From: Clostridiaceae bacterium
GTDB lineage: Bacteria; Bacillota; Clostridia; Christensenellales; CAG-917
DNA length: 64,000 nucleotides
Direction: 5' to 3'
NCBI GenBank assembly: GCA_031289315.1
Contig: JAITPR010000051.1
Location: forward strand, 6,426-70,425
Shown here: positions 29,511-38,604 of the stretch, piece after piece
How the letters are laid out: every line of letters begins with the position of its first letter
Numbering within the stretch: position 1 is the first letter of the stretch
The notes under the pieces: model-generated
Seen by the model: only the letters and a program-made list of their open reading frames with translations
Database searches by the model: none
Told to the model about the DNA's origin: nothing
Translations under genes and position numbers: made by a program

Positions 29511-31084
29511 TATTTGATGTACCTCAAAATTTTCATATTGTTTACTTTTATTGCGTCGTTTACGTGTCCGTCCGTAAAGGTTATTCTATAGCGGTGTTCG
29601 CCGTCATACTCCACTCGCGCAATGCTCTTCACCTTGCGCTCCGTTAGGTAGGCGGAGTCGGCATACGCGGTACCGTGTTCCGGCCAAGGCGTGTCTACGT
29701 CCATTTTAAAGCTTTTGGGATGTGCCAAGCCCTCTTCTATCAACCACCTGTAGCCTTTGTCGAAGCTACGCCCGCCTATCTGGGTGATAGTATAGCGCCT
29801 TCCGTAGAGGGCATCTAAGCGGTCTATCGCGATATAACCCGCTTCGGTTATCGTTTCAAGGGGCTCAAATTCAATCAGGTGTTCTTCCCACGGTTCACAC
29901 ATTTTGGCATTCTCGCGCTTTGCGTAGCCTTCGCGGCATATTTCGTCAATGGATAGCCTAACTTCCTTATCACCGACCAGAACCAAATATTTCAAATAGC
30001 CGCCGTCGTTGATACGTTTGAACATCCTGACGCCTTTCTTCTTAAGGGTTTCAACGGTATAAAGGTGGGCGACCAGCTTATGGTCACCCCACAGCTCCGT
30101 ATCGAACGGTTTCACGTCGCTGCCCTTGTGGAAAGCCGCCGGCACGCTTAAAGTATCGGATAAAACATCTATGACGTTTCCCGCTGTGGGGCGATCCGCC
30201 GGGTCTTTGGCAAGCATCCAGTTAATCAGGGACATAAGCGTCGCGCCGCATTTATCGCCGATTATGCAGTCGAACTTCTTGTCGATAAAAATGTTTCCGT
30301 CGCTGTAAACCGCTTCGCCGATTGAAGCGTCGCCTATGTCGGTCGCGGGGAACATTCTATGCCCCGCACCGTCCTTTGTCCACAAGAGATGGAAAATAAG
30401 ACCCAATGAAAAGATGTCCGTCGCTATCGTAACCGTTTCCGGTGCCGACGCACCCTCTTCGCTTGTGTATAGCGCAATCTCCGGGCTTTCGTAGCCGGGC
30501 GACCCTCCTATGCTGCTTTCATATTTGGCAATGCTCTTAGCCGGATACGACGAGTCAAAATCTATGATGTACGGGACGTATTTCCCGCTCTCGTCGGCAA
30601 TGAGGATGTTGCTCTCCTTTAAGTCGCCGTGGATAATGCCGCGCTCATGAAGGAGCTTTATAGGTTCCACCATGTCACAGCAAAGCTTTATAAAGGATTT
30701 CCTATCAAGCGTTGAAAAGTCGAAGTCCTTGTCCACTTTGTTGTCTATGTACAAGGTAACCGTGACGAACTGACACGATATGGGGGCGGTGTCCCAAAAG
30801 TTGTATTCCTCCACCACAACGCGGTCCTTTCTTGAGTCCAACCCCTTCATCAAAACTTTTAGCTCTTTTTGTTTGCTGTTCACGCGTTCCTGCGTGGCTA
30901 ACTTGATTTTACGCACGGTGTCGCTGTCGCCCTTGGACGGACAACGTGCGTGCATATCTCTCTTGATAAAGTATTTTTCGCCGCCCTTGCGCGCGATAAC
31001 GGTTTCACCGTTTCCGGTGTTCACCCATTTTATTATTTCGCCGTCTATAAAGGCGCTATCAACTTCATAACCCCAGTAGTCCAT
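29510..31084 (-). CDS. Hanks-type Ser/Thr protein kinase with three C-terminal repeats
   Basis: YFIKR, IIHGDLKESNILI, IIDFD, GSPGYESPE, DIFSLG, MLAKDPADRPT. Confidence 0.9.
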   Translation of the reverse strand: MDYWGYEVDSAFIDGEIIKWVNTGNGETVIARKGGEKYFIKRDMHARCPSKGDSDTVRKIKLATQERVNSKQKELKVLMKGLDSRKDRVVVEEYNFWDTAPISCQFVTVTLYIDNKVDKDFDFSTLDRKSFIKLCCDMVEPIKLLHERGIIHGDLKESNILIADESGKYVPYIIDFDSSYPAKSIAKYESSIGGSPGYESPEIALYTSEEGASAPETVTIATDIFSLGLIFHLLWTKDGAGHRMFPATDIGDASIGEAVYSDGNIFIDKKFDCIIGDKCGATLMSLINWMLAKDPADRPTAGNVIDVLSDTLSVPAAFHKGSDVKPFDTELWGDHKLVAHLYTVETLKKKGVRMFKRINDGGYLKYLVLVGDKEVRLSIDEICREGYAKRENAKMCEPWEEHLIEFEPLETITEAGYIAIDRLDALYGRRYTITQIGGRSFDKGYRWLIEEGLAHPKSFKMDVDTPWPEHGTAYADSAYLTERKVKSIARVEYDGEHRYRITFTDGHVNDAIKVNNMKILRYIK

Positions 31085-31142
31085 TTTCTATCACACTCCA
31101 CTAATTATAGTTTATTTTTTATGTTGCGCTTGTTTTGCTACG

Positions 31143-31868
31143 TTACGAGTTCGAACTTGCCGAAGCCGCCAAAATTTTGATTATGCCTTCGAAGTCAATC
31201 TCGGCAAGTCCCTTGCTTATTGCCACAGGTTCAAACACGCTCCGGTTAAGCTTAGCTTTCCACTTTTCATACCTTGTGCCGGACGGTGCAAAGATGACAA
31301 GCCGCTTGTTTTTCTCACGCAGCTTAACGGCGGGGTCTTGACTTTTACAGAACCACGCGTCTTCGAACGCCACATCGTCCACCATGCCTTCAGGGTATCC
31401 CTGACAGCCCGCCCGTTTCAGTAGCGGAAGCGTGTCCGTATCCGCAAACAATACTATAACCTGCCTATCGTGAGGTCCCATCACAAAATCGGATTTCATG
31501 GCTAGATATAACGCTTCCAGTCCGTTTGCGTCCTGTCCGACGCCGCCCGCCGCCCTTATCTCGGACAAGCGTTTTTCAAAATCGGCGGTGTCGTCGGGCA
31601 ACTCATACCAGCTATCGTCAACCTCCATTGCGTCGACGGATTTCTTAATAGCTTCATTTCCCGGTTTATAGTCGCGGAAGACGATAGTTTTTACGCGCAG
31701 CGCGTCGATGTCATCTCCCTTTTCAGTCATTTCCTTGACAAAATCCTCATAGAAATGCTTGATGTTGGTCTTGACATTTTCTATGCACGGAGCCATACTA
31801 CGTGTACCGTCCATACAAAACACTATGTCAATCTTTCTCTTTTTTTTAAGTCGATTTTCGTTAGGCAC
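31143..31868 (-). CDS. vWA domain protein
   Basis: IDIVFCMDGTRSM (MIDAS), VFRDY, GGVGQDANGLEAL, VLFAD; GTG start with GGAGG; ends AASASSNS. Confidence 0.88.
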   Translation of the reverse strand: MPNENRLKKKRKIDIVFCMDGTRSMAPCIENVKTNIKHFYEDFVKEMTEKGDDIDALRVKTIVFRDYKPGNEAIKKSVDAMEVDDSWYELPDDTADFEKRLSEIRAAGGVGQDANGLEALYLAMKSDFVMGPHDRQVIVLFADTDTLPLLKRAGCQGYPEGMVDDVAFEDAWFCKSQDPAVKLREKNKRLVIFAPSGTRYEKWKAKLNRSVFEPVAISKGLAEIDFEGIIKILAASASSNS

Positions 31869-32117
31869 AGACTTGAACCCTCCTTTTGCCTTAACGCGGC
31901 AATACCGCGTCTATTTTAGCATTGCGCACCGCACCGTAGCACGACAAAAATCTAGCAGTATTAACCACACCTATAACCGTCGCGCAACGGTGTTGTCCCG
32001 GGTTAACACCCGTGATTTCGCAACCTTATAATAAATTAGCTAGGTTTTCACCTCCTACCAAATCGGGGCAATTTTACATTGAATCCGAACTAATCAACCG
32101 TCGTCACGTATTAGTCG

Positions 32118-33593
32118 TCACACATCTTCTTCCAATATTTGTAAAACACTATAAAAGTCTATGTCACCCAAGCCGTTTCCCATTTCAACAGGTTCAAACA
32201 CGCTTCTGTCGAGTTTGGCTCTTAAATTTTCATACTTCGTGCCGGAGGGGGCAAAGAGGACGAGGCGCTTGTTTCTCCCACGAAGATGGCTTTCGGGGTC
32301 TTGATTGTTACCCATCCATGTGTCTATAAGACCTTTCTCACCAACCATATCCACTGGATACGCACCCGCTCCCTTTCTTTCACCCAACTCCAAATAATCG
32401 GCGTTAGTAAACAAAACGATAATTTGCCTATCAGTTTTGGACACTCCCATGAAATCAGATTTCATGGCAAAATACAGCGCTTCAAGTCCGTTTTCCGGAG
32501 CGTCTCCGCCGCCGTGCGCCGTAACACCGGTCAAGTAGTTGGCAAAGTCGCTGTCGTCGTCGGGCAACTCAAACCACTGGCTGATTTTCATTGCCTCGTC
32601 GCCGTCGAACCCGTAGTCTCTAAAGACGATAATCTTTACGCGCAAACTATCGATATCGTAGCGGCGTTGCTCAAGCTCCTCGCAGTACTCAATACGAAAA
32701 CGTTTTATGTTGTTCTTTACGCTCTCAATGTGAGGCGCCATGTCTCCTGTACCGTCGATACAGAACACCATATCAACTGCGCTCTTTTTTTTGCTGATGT
32801 CTTTCTTTACGCTCTCAATGTGAGGCGCCGTGTCTCCTGGACCTTCGTGCACCACGTCGTCAATGCTTTCTTCTATCAGCCTTCTTCTATCTTCGGGCGC
32901 CGCCACGGCGGGACACATTATTTTTATAATATCGTCGAAGTTGATATCTCCCAAGCCTTTTCCCATTGCCACCGGCTCAAACACGCTCCTGTTAAGGTTG
33001 GCTTTTAAATTTTCATACTTCGTGCCAGAGGGGGCAAAGAGGACGAGGCGCTTGTTTCTCTCACGAAGCTTGCTATCTAGGTCTTGACTTCTACAAAGCC
33101 ACATATCCTGTAAGCCTTCTCCGTTAACCATGTCTTCCGGATACGAACCCTTTCCCTTCCTTTCACCCAACTCTAGACAATCGGCATTGGTGAACAGCAC
33201 GATAACCTGTCTGTCGTTGCGTCCGGTCATGAAATCTTGCTTCATGGCAAAATACAGCGCTTCAAGTCCGTTTTCCGGAGCGTCTCCGCCGCCGTGCGCT
33301 TCGATGTCTCTTAAATAGTTACTCAATTCTTCATCATCTTCGGGCAAATCAAACCAATTGCTGATTTTCATTGCCTCGTCACCGTCGCACCCATAGTCTC
33401 TAAAGACGATAATCTTTACGCGCATTGAATCTATGTAGCTGTATTGTTTGGTCATTTCCTCTGCAAAATCAAGGTAAAACCGTTTCACGTTGTTCTTTAC
33501 GCTCTCAATGTGAGGAGCCATGTCTCCTGTACCGTCGATACAGAACACCATATCAATTTTGCTATGTATCACTAATATATTGTCATAATTCAT
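32118..33593 (-). CDS. Tandem double-vWA protein with altered MIDAS
   Basis: Two copies of DMVFCIDGTGDM...FRDY...GGGDAPENGLEAL...LFTNAD. Confidence 0.88.
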   Translation of the reverse strand: MNYDNILVIHSKIDMVFCIDGTGDMAPHIESVKNNVKRFYLDFAEEMTKQYSYIDSMRVKIIVFRDYGCDGDEAMKISNWFDLPEDDEELSNYLRDIEAHGGGDAPENGLEALYFAMKQDFMTGRNDRQVIVLFTNADCLELGERKGKGSYPEDMVNGEGLQDMWLCRSQDLDSKLRERNKRLVLFAPSGTKYENLKANLNRSVFEPVAMGKGLGDINFDDIIKIMCPAVAAPEDRRRLIEESIDDVVHEGPGDTAPHIESVKKDISKKKSAVDMVFCIDGTGDMAPHIESVKNNIKRFRIEYCEELEQRRYDIDSLRVKIIVFRDYGFDGDEAMKISQWFELPDDDSDFANYLTGVTAHGGGDAPENGLEALYFAMKSDFMGVSKTDRQIIVLFTNADYLELGERKGAGAYPVDMVGEKGLIDTWMGNNQDPESHLRGRNKRLVLFAPSGTKYENLRAKLDRSVFEPVEMGNGLGDIDFYSVLQILEEDV

Positions 33594-33884
33594 AACTTTC
33601 TCCTTGTAGAAAATCCCCCGCGCTTATTAGTAGGCGTTTAAAAACGCACCACTGCCGTACTTTTTTTAAAATCCTATTACGTAAAATCCGCACCGCATCT
33701 ATCGCGCGTAGAATGTCCCGCCAAAACACGGTCACCTCGCTTGCTTATAAATCCGGTACGGATTGTGTAATTATTGGGGGTGCGTTGACACTGCGGCAGG
33801 TTTGATAAGCTGCGGGCGTGTCCAACATACCCTAGCTTATTTCACGTTTTTTTGTTGCGTTTTTTGCTGAGTCCTTTTGTCACG

Positions 33885-34586
33885 TTATGAGTTTGAGCTT
33901 GCCGACGCCGCTATTATTTTTATAATACCGTCGAAGTTGATATCTCTCAAGCCTTTTTCCATTGCTACCGGCTCAAACACGCTCCTGTTAAGGTTGGCTT
34001 TTAAATTTTCATACTTCGTGCCGGAGGGGGCAAAGAGGACGAGGCGCTTGTTTCTGTCACGAAGCTTGCTATCGGGGTCTTGACTTCTACAAAACCACAT
34101 ATCCTGTAAGCCTTCTCCGTTAACCATGTCTTCCGGATACGAACCCTTTCCCTTCCTTTCACCCAACTCCAAGTAATCGGTATCGGTGAACAGCACGATA
34201 ACCTGTCTGTCGTTGCTTCCGGTTAAGAAATCTTGTTTTATCGCAAAATACAGCGCCTCCAGTCCGTTTTCCGGAGCGTCCCCGCCGCCGTTAGCCGTAA
34301 CACCGGTCAAGTAGTTGGCAAATTCGCTGTCGTCGACGGGCAACTCAAACCAGTTGCTGATTTGCATGGAATCGTCGCCGTCGAACCCGTAATCTCTGAA
34401 TACGATAACCTTTACGCGCATTGAATCTATGTCGCTGTTTTGTCTGGTCATTTCCTCTGAAAAATCAAGGTAAAACCGTTTCGCGTTGTTCTTAACGCTC
34501 TCTATACAAGGAGCCATGCTCCCCGTTCCGTCGATACAAAACACCACATCGATGTTTCTCTTCTTTTTTAAAACATTGCCAGCCAT
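33885..34586 (-). CDS. vWA domain protein
   Basis: IDVVFCIDGTGSM, GGGDAPENGLEAL, LFTDTD; ATG 34586 with AGGAGG; ends AASASSNS. Confidence 0.88.
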   Translation of the reverse strand: MAGNVLKKKRNIDVVFCIDGTGSMAPCIESVKNNAKRFYLDFSEEMTRQNSDIDSMRVKVIVFRDYGFDGDDSMQISNWFELPVDDSEFANYLTGVTANGGGDAPENGLEALYFAIKQDFLTGSNDRQVIVLFTDTDYLELGERKGKGSYPEDMVNGEGLQDMWFCRSQDPDSKLRDRNKRLVLFAPSGTKYENLKANLNRSVFEPVAMEKGLRDINFDGIIKIIAASASSNS

Positions 34587-34669
34587 AATTGAATTCCTCC
34601 TGAAAATTCTCTTTTTGTTAGTTCTTTTGCTTTTGTGCGCGGATACAAGCCGCACAACTACGTTGTTTA

Positions 34670-35485
34670 TTACTCATTCGTAGGCTTCGCCGTTATAACC
34701 GGCTCTTCGCTTTCGAAGCTTTCTGTCGCAAGCCCCAACGAAATCTGCTCTTCCGCTTGCAAGCTTTCGTCCGTGGGTATTTTGTATTTCTCTTGGTTGC
34801 CTATTTGATTTTCTCCAACCGAATTGTCCGGTTCGGTACATGCGGCGGCAAACTCTGTTTTCCCCGATTTTTCTAAAACCGCCGCTTCGTCTTCCGACAT
34901 TTTCGCGATGATTTCAAGCGGAACTCTCACATAAACTTTTTCACCCATAAACTCCAACTCCAACCGCGCCTCGCGGTTGTGGCGATTGACTTTTTTTATA
35001 AGGCTTTCGTGACCCTTGAGCGCCCCGTCTATTATGATAATCTTATCGCCGACTACATAACCTATTGACCTCCCTAACTGCTTACTATCCTTGAATAACA
35101 GCTCTAGAATCTTTTTTTCTTCTTGCACTACGGCACTTTTTTGCGAATCGCCGTACTTCAAAATACGTATCATGTTGCTTGAACTGCGAATAAATTCCGC
35201 GGTTTCTATCGCGAACTTATCCTCCGGCATTGTGGTTTCTATGAACACATAGCCCGGCATCATCGGCACGTACTTATAAGAACTTTCCGACCGCCCGGAC
35301 TCCTTGTTCTTCCTGCGGAAAAACTTTTCTTCATGCGGCACAAACGGTGTAATCTCATGGTGTATGCCGTCGGTTTTTTCACATCGCTTTTTGACGTGCT
35401 CAAAAAACTTATCAAGAGCTTCCACCACCGGCAACTCTTGCCCAGCCACTATGAACATGACATAAAGATAACACCCTTCTTTCAT
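34670..35485 (-). CDS. loaP: LoaP-like NusG paralog (transcription antiterminator)
   Basis: NGN motif MMPGYVFIET, IRILKY; KOW segment SIGYVVGDKIIIIDGALKGHESLIKKVNRHNREARLELEFMG; start ATG 35485 or GTG 35569. Confidence 0.8.
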   Translation of the reverse strand: MKEGCYLYVMFIVAGQELPVVEALDKFFEHVKKRCEKTDGIHHEITPFVPHEEKFFRRKNKESGRSESSYKYVPMMPGYVFIETTMPEDKFAIETAEFIRSSSNMIRILKYGDSQKSAVVQEEKKILELLFKDSKQLGRSIGYVVGDKIIIIDGALKGHESLIKKVNRHNREARLELEFMGEKVYVRVPLEIIAKMSEDEAAVLEKSGKTEFAAACTEPDNSVGENQIGNQEKYKIPTDESLQAEEQISLGLATESFESEEPVITAKPTNE

Positions 35486-35612
35486 TTTTTTCTCAACTGA
35501 CAAATGACAAAATTTTCCCTTGTCACCCGCTTCGTAATTTCCGCGCGCTACGGCAAATTCTACGTCCACCGCCGCACCTACCGAGACCCATACCTACGAG
35601 CAAATGCAAACG

Positions 35613-35746
35613 GCTTCACAGACTGATTTCTTCAGCCCCCTCACAAGGCGGAGCGACCTATTCTTTCGAATAAACAAAATCCGCTTCACAGACTGATTTC
35701 TTCGCCCCCTCACAGGGCGGAGCGACCTATTCTTTCGAATAAACAA
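35613..35746 (-). ncRNA. Tandemly duplicated structured 5' leader (two ~65-nt units)
   Basis: Copies 35613-35677 and 35683-35746; each reads UAUUC-GAAA-GAAUA, GGUCGCUC, CGCCyU-GUGA-GGGGGC on the minus strand. Confidence 0.65.
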
Positions 35747-35761
35747 TCTGACTTCTTATAT

Positions 35762-35790
35762 ATAATAACACAACTCATTTAGGATTGCAA
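35762..35790 (-). promoter_or_regulatory. sigmaA-like promoter heading the accessory locus
   Basis: Minus strand TTGCAA-17 bp-TATTAT with TG extension. Confidence 0.65.
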
Positions 35791-36023
35791 TACCTTATTC
35801 GACAAAATCTTTATGCAATTGCGAATTTTTTCCCGTTTCAACATTTGTATGACGCACATATTTATTTTGCGCTGAATTCTAAGTGCATTTTGTCACTGTT
35901 TTCATGTTTTTTCTGTTTTAACATACGTATTGCACGCATGTTTTTTTATCCGGCGGTTATACAACGCCTTTTTTCCTTTTGCGCACTTCTTATTCGATAG
36001 CCGCCTATAATCCTGATGAAAAT

Positions 36024-36050
36024 AAAAAAGCACCTCGTTTTAAGGTGCTT
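36024..36050 (-). terminator. Intrinsic terminator downstream of luxS
   Basis: Minus strand AAGCACCT-loop-AGGTGCTTTTTT. Confidence 0.7.
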
Positions 36051-36072
36051 CCATATTGAAAAAAGCGGTGCT

Positions 36073-36198
36073 GACGTTAATTCCGCCAACGGAGTTAATT
36101 TCAAGACCGGGTTCGATTTTCATGCCGGAGTTGATTGCGGTACCGACATTAATTCCGTAAACAGCGTTGATTGAGAAGGCGGAGCTAATTTCAGGTCG
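36073..36198. repeat. Degenerate 18-bp tandem repeat, seven units
   Basis: GTTAATT-like cores at 36076, 36094, 36112, 36130, 36148, 36166, 36184. Confidence 0.65.
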
Positions 36199-36207
36199 AA
36201 GTCCGTT

Positions 36208-36636
36208 TTACGGCTTTTTAATAATTTCTAAATAGGAGCGGATTTCCTGTTGGGCAAGCGACAGGTTATGCGAACGGTAATTGCCGCATTCTATTTTTTT
36301 GTTGCCGGGAACGGTATCCGCAAGCAAACATTTTTCGAAGGCTTCGATTGTCATGGGCAAAGCTTGCTCCATAGGAATGTTCCGCATAATCAACGCAAAG
36401 CCGGTGCGGCAACCGTACGGACCAAAATATATCACTTTGTCCTTTAGGGCGTTGTCGCGGATTGCCGTGGCGAATAGGTGTTCTATAGTGTGCATTGCCG
36501 AAACAGAGAGATAATCCCCATTATTCGGAGTTTTAAAACGCAAGTCGTATTCATGCAAGTCATCCATTATGGCGGTATAATAAAAGCCCGGCTGCATTGT
36601 ATTGTGGTTTTTCTTAAACGAACCTATCTTTTCCAT
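36208..36636 (-). CDS. luxS: S-ribosylhomocysteine lyase
   Basis: SFKKNH, YDLRFKTPN, HTIEHLFA, GPYGCRTGF, CGNYRSH. Confidence 0.95.
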   Translation of the reverse strand: MEKIGSFKKNHNTMQPGFYYTAIMDDLHEYDLRFKTPNNGDYLSVSAMHTIEHLFATAIRDNALKDKVIYFGPYGCRTGFALIMRNIPMEQALPMTIEAFEKCLLADTVPGNKKIECGNYRSHNLSLAQQEIRSYLEIIKKP

Positions 36637-36854
36637 GGTATATCCTTAACTGGTATCCGTACGAACGGATACGCACGTGTTTTGGGTTTTAAGACGTTTG
36701 ATATGCGGCTAATATGCGTACGGACTTGTGCGGCTCCGTATTACGCCCTGCGCCGTTTATGGGTAGCAAAATACTACTAATACGAGGCAGTCTGTTTCCG
36801 TATTGTGCGGCTCCGTACCGCCGTAGCTTGGGCTACAACACTTCCACGGCTTGG

Positions 36855-37544
36855 CTACAGCGCTTCCACGATGTTGCGCACGATACGTTTGTAGTGGTAA
36901 ATACCGGTTTCGGTGGACTTTTCGTAATCGTTCACCGCGTTGTCGTCCGCGTTGTCCGAAACCACCTTGATAACCAATGCGGGAATTCCGTTTGCCTCGG
37001 CAATTATCGCGATTGCCGCGCTTTCCATGTCACAGATTTCTGCGCCGAAGTTCTTCACAAGGTCGGACTTGCTTTTCTTGTCCGATATGAACTTATCTCC
37101 GGACGCGATTACAACCTCCGGCAACCGCTCCGGCAACACGGCTTGAACGCCTTCTCTAAGTCCTTCGGACAACTGCCAAAATTCCGATTCCCTGCCCTGA
37201 TACTGCCCGCGTGCGGACGCGCCTATGTCGCGTATGTCGTATTGGTGATGTACCACGCTTTTGCCGACCACCAAATCCCCTATCGAAAACTTTGGGCTCA
37301 ACGACCCGGCAAAGCCGAAGTTTAAAATGATCTCCGCGCGGTATTTCACGGCAAGAAGCTCAGTAGCCGCCGCCGCGTATATCTCGCCTATGCCGGAAGT
37401 CGCGACGTAAAAAATCTTGTCCTTGTCGACGTAGTGATAAATCACTCCGTTGAAAAACTCTTCGCTGCCGACCAGTGCGCCCAACTGGTTGTAAATCGGC
37501 AACATTTCCTTTGTAAGCGCGGTAATAATTCCTATTGTCTTCAT
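36855..37544 (-). CDS. mtnN: 5'-methylthioadenosine/S-adenosylhomocysteine nucleosidase
   Basis: IGIITAL..E, SGIG, NFGFAGS, IASGDKFI, DMESAAIA, VSDNAD; adjacent to luxS. Confidence 0.92.
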   Translation of the reverse strand: MKTIGIITALTKEMLPIYNQLGALVGSEEFFNGVIYHYVDKDKIFYVATSGIGEIYAAAATELLAVKYRAEIILNFGFAGSLSPKFSIGDLVVGKSVVHHQYDIRDIGASARGQYQGRESEFWQLSEGLREGVQAVLPERLPEVVIASGDKFISDKKSKSDLVKNFGAEICDMESAAIAIIAEANGIPALVIKVVSDNADDNAVNDYEKSTETGIYHYKRIVRNIVEAL

Positions 37545-37664
37545 GCCTAAATTGTATCACATGTAACGCCGGGTACGCAACAATATTAATTCTTTTCTAA
37601 GACTTTTTTATTGCGACCTGCCGAAACTATGTTATAATATAAAAAAATGTGAGGGCAAACCAAC

Positions 37665-38354
37665 TTGCAATATCTCTGCGACGAAGCGGCAAAAATCGGG
37701 ATTACGTTGAGCGAAAAACAGCTTGCGGATTTTCTTAAATACTATGAAGCCGTAGTTGAATATAATAAATCGGTAAATTTAACCGCCATTACGGAAAAAA
37801 TCGAGTTCACGGAAAAGCATTTTTTGGACAGTCTGGCGGGCGCGGAGTTCCTACCGCAAGGCGCGAAGTTTATAGACATAGGGAGCGGCGCCGGATTCCC
37901 CGCGATTCCACTAAAGCTTGTGCGCCCCGACCTGAAAATGACGCTTCTAGACTCCCTAAACAAGCGTGTCGCGTTTTTGCGTCAAGCGACGGCACTCCTT
38001 AAACTAACCGATATAACGGCTCTTCACGTACGTGCCGAGGACGCGGCGCATACCACCTTGCGTGAAAGCTTCAATGTCTGCGCGGCGCGCGCCGTCGCCG
38101 CCCTGCCCGTTCTTTTAGAGTACGCCTCACCGTTCGTTAAGCCCGGCGGAATTTTTATCGCCTACAAAACCGACGAGGTCGAACTCACCGCCGCGGAAAA
38201 CGCCGCCGCAGAACTTAAAATGCAACTGCTCACGGTTAAAAAGTATTCCCTGCCCGCCGGCAACGTACGCGCTCTTTTCGTCTTCGAAAAAACCGCTCCC
38301 CTCCCCGCCAAATACCCGCGCCCACAAGCCCAAATCAAAAAACACCCGCTTTAA
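37665..38354 (+). CDS. rsmG: 16S rRNA m7G527 methyltransferase
   Basis: NLTAIT, KHFLDSL, DIGSGAGFP, LLDSLNKR, RAED, ARAVA, KYPR. Confidence 0.95.
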   Translation: MQYLCDEAAKIGITLSEKQLADFLKYYEAVVEYNKSVNLTAITEKIEFTEKHFLDSLAGAEFLPQGAKFIDIGSGAGFPAIPLKLVRPDLKMTLLDSLNKRVAFLRQATALLKLTDITALHVRAEDAAHTTLRESFNVCAARAVAALPVLLEYASPFVKPGGIFIAYKTDEVELTAAENAAAELKMQLLTVKKYSLPAGNVRALFVFEKTAPLPAKYPRPQAQIKKHPL

Positions 38355-38465
38355 TGGTGTTGGAGTAATGTTCTTTCTTGCCGGTAAAAAATAACGCCCT
38401 TGTTCCTTTTGGGCGCCCAAAAGGAACCGAAAAGCCGCAAGCTTGAAGCTTGACACTGATAACCC

Positions 38466-38511
38466 TAAAGGCGCGGAATGCAGTAAAATTTACTTGCATT
38501 CCGCGCCTTTA
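38466..38511. terminator. Strong inverted repeat, probable terminator downstream of rsmG
   Basis: TAAAGGCGCGGAATGCA ... TGCATTCCGCGCCTTTA (17-bp arms). Confidence 0.7.
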
Positions 38512-38604
38512 AATTTATTAGTGTTAATTTTCCCGTTTTCGTATTTTCTTTTTCTTCTCTCCTAATGGAGCCGGGTATTTTTACATCTACGGCAATGCCC
38601 CCCT

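Larger units (their letters stand above)
8199..35790 (-). other. Accessory locus: LoaP-led vWA/kinase/PP2C/ClpP/VirD4 gene cluster
   Basis: 17 co-oriented non-housekeeping genes between ricT and luxS; no integrase, transposase or att site seen. Confidence 0.75.

Noticed and set aside
8199-35790. ICE or prophage
   Set aside because: No integrase, relaxase, VirB4 or phage structural genes, and no att-like terminal repeats found.
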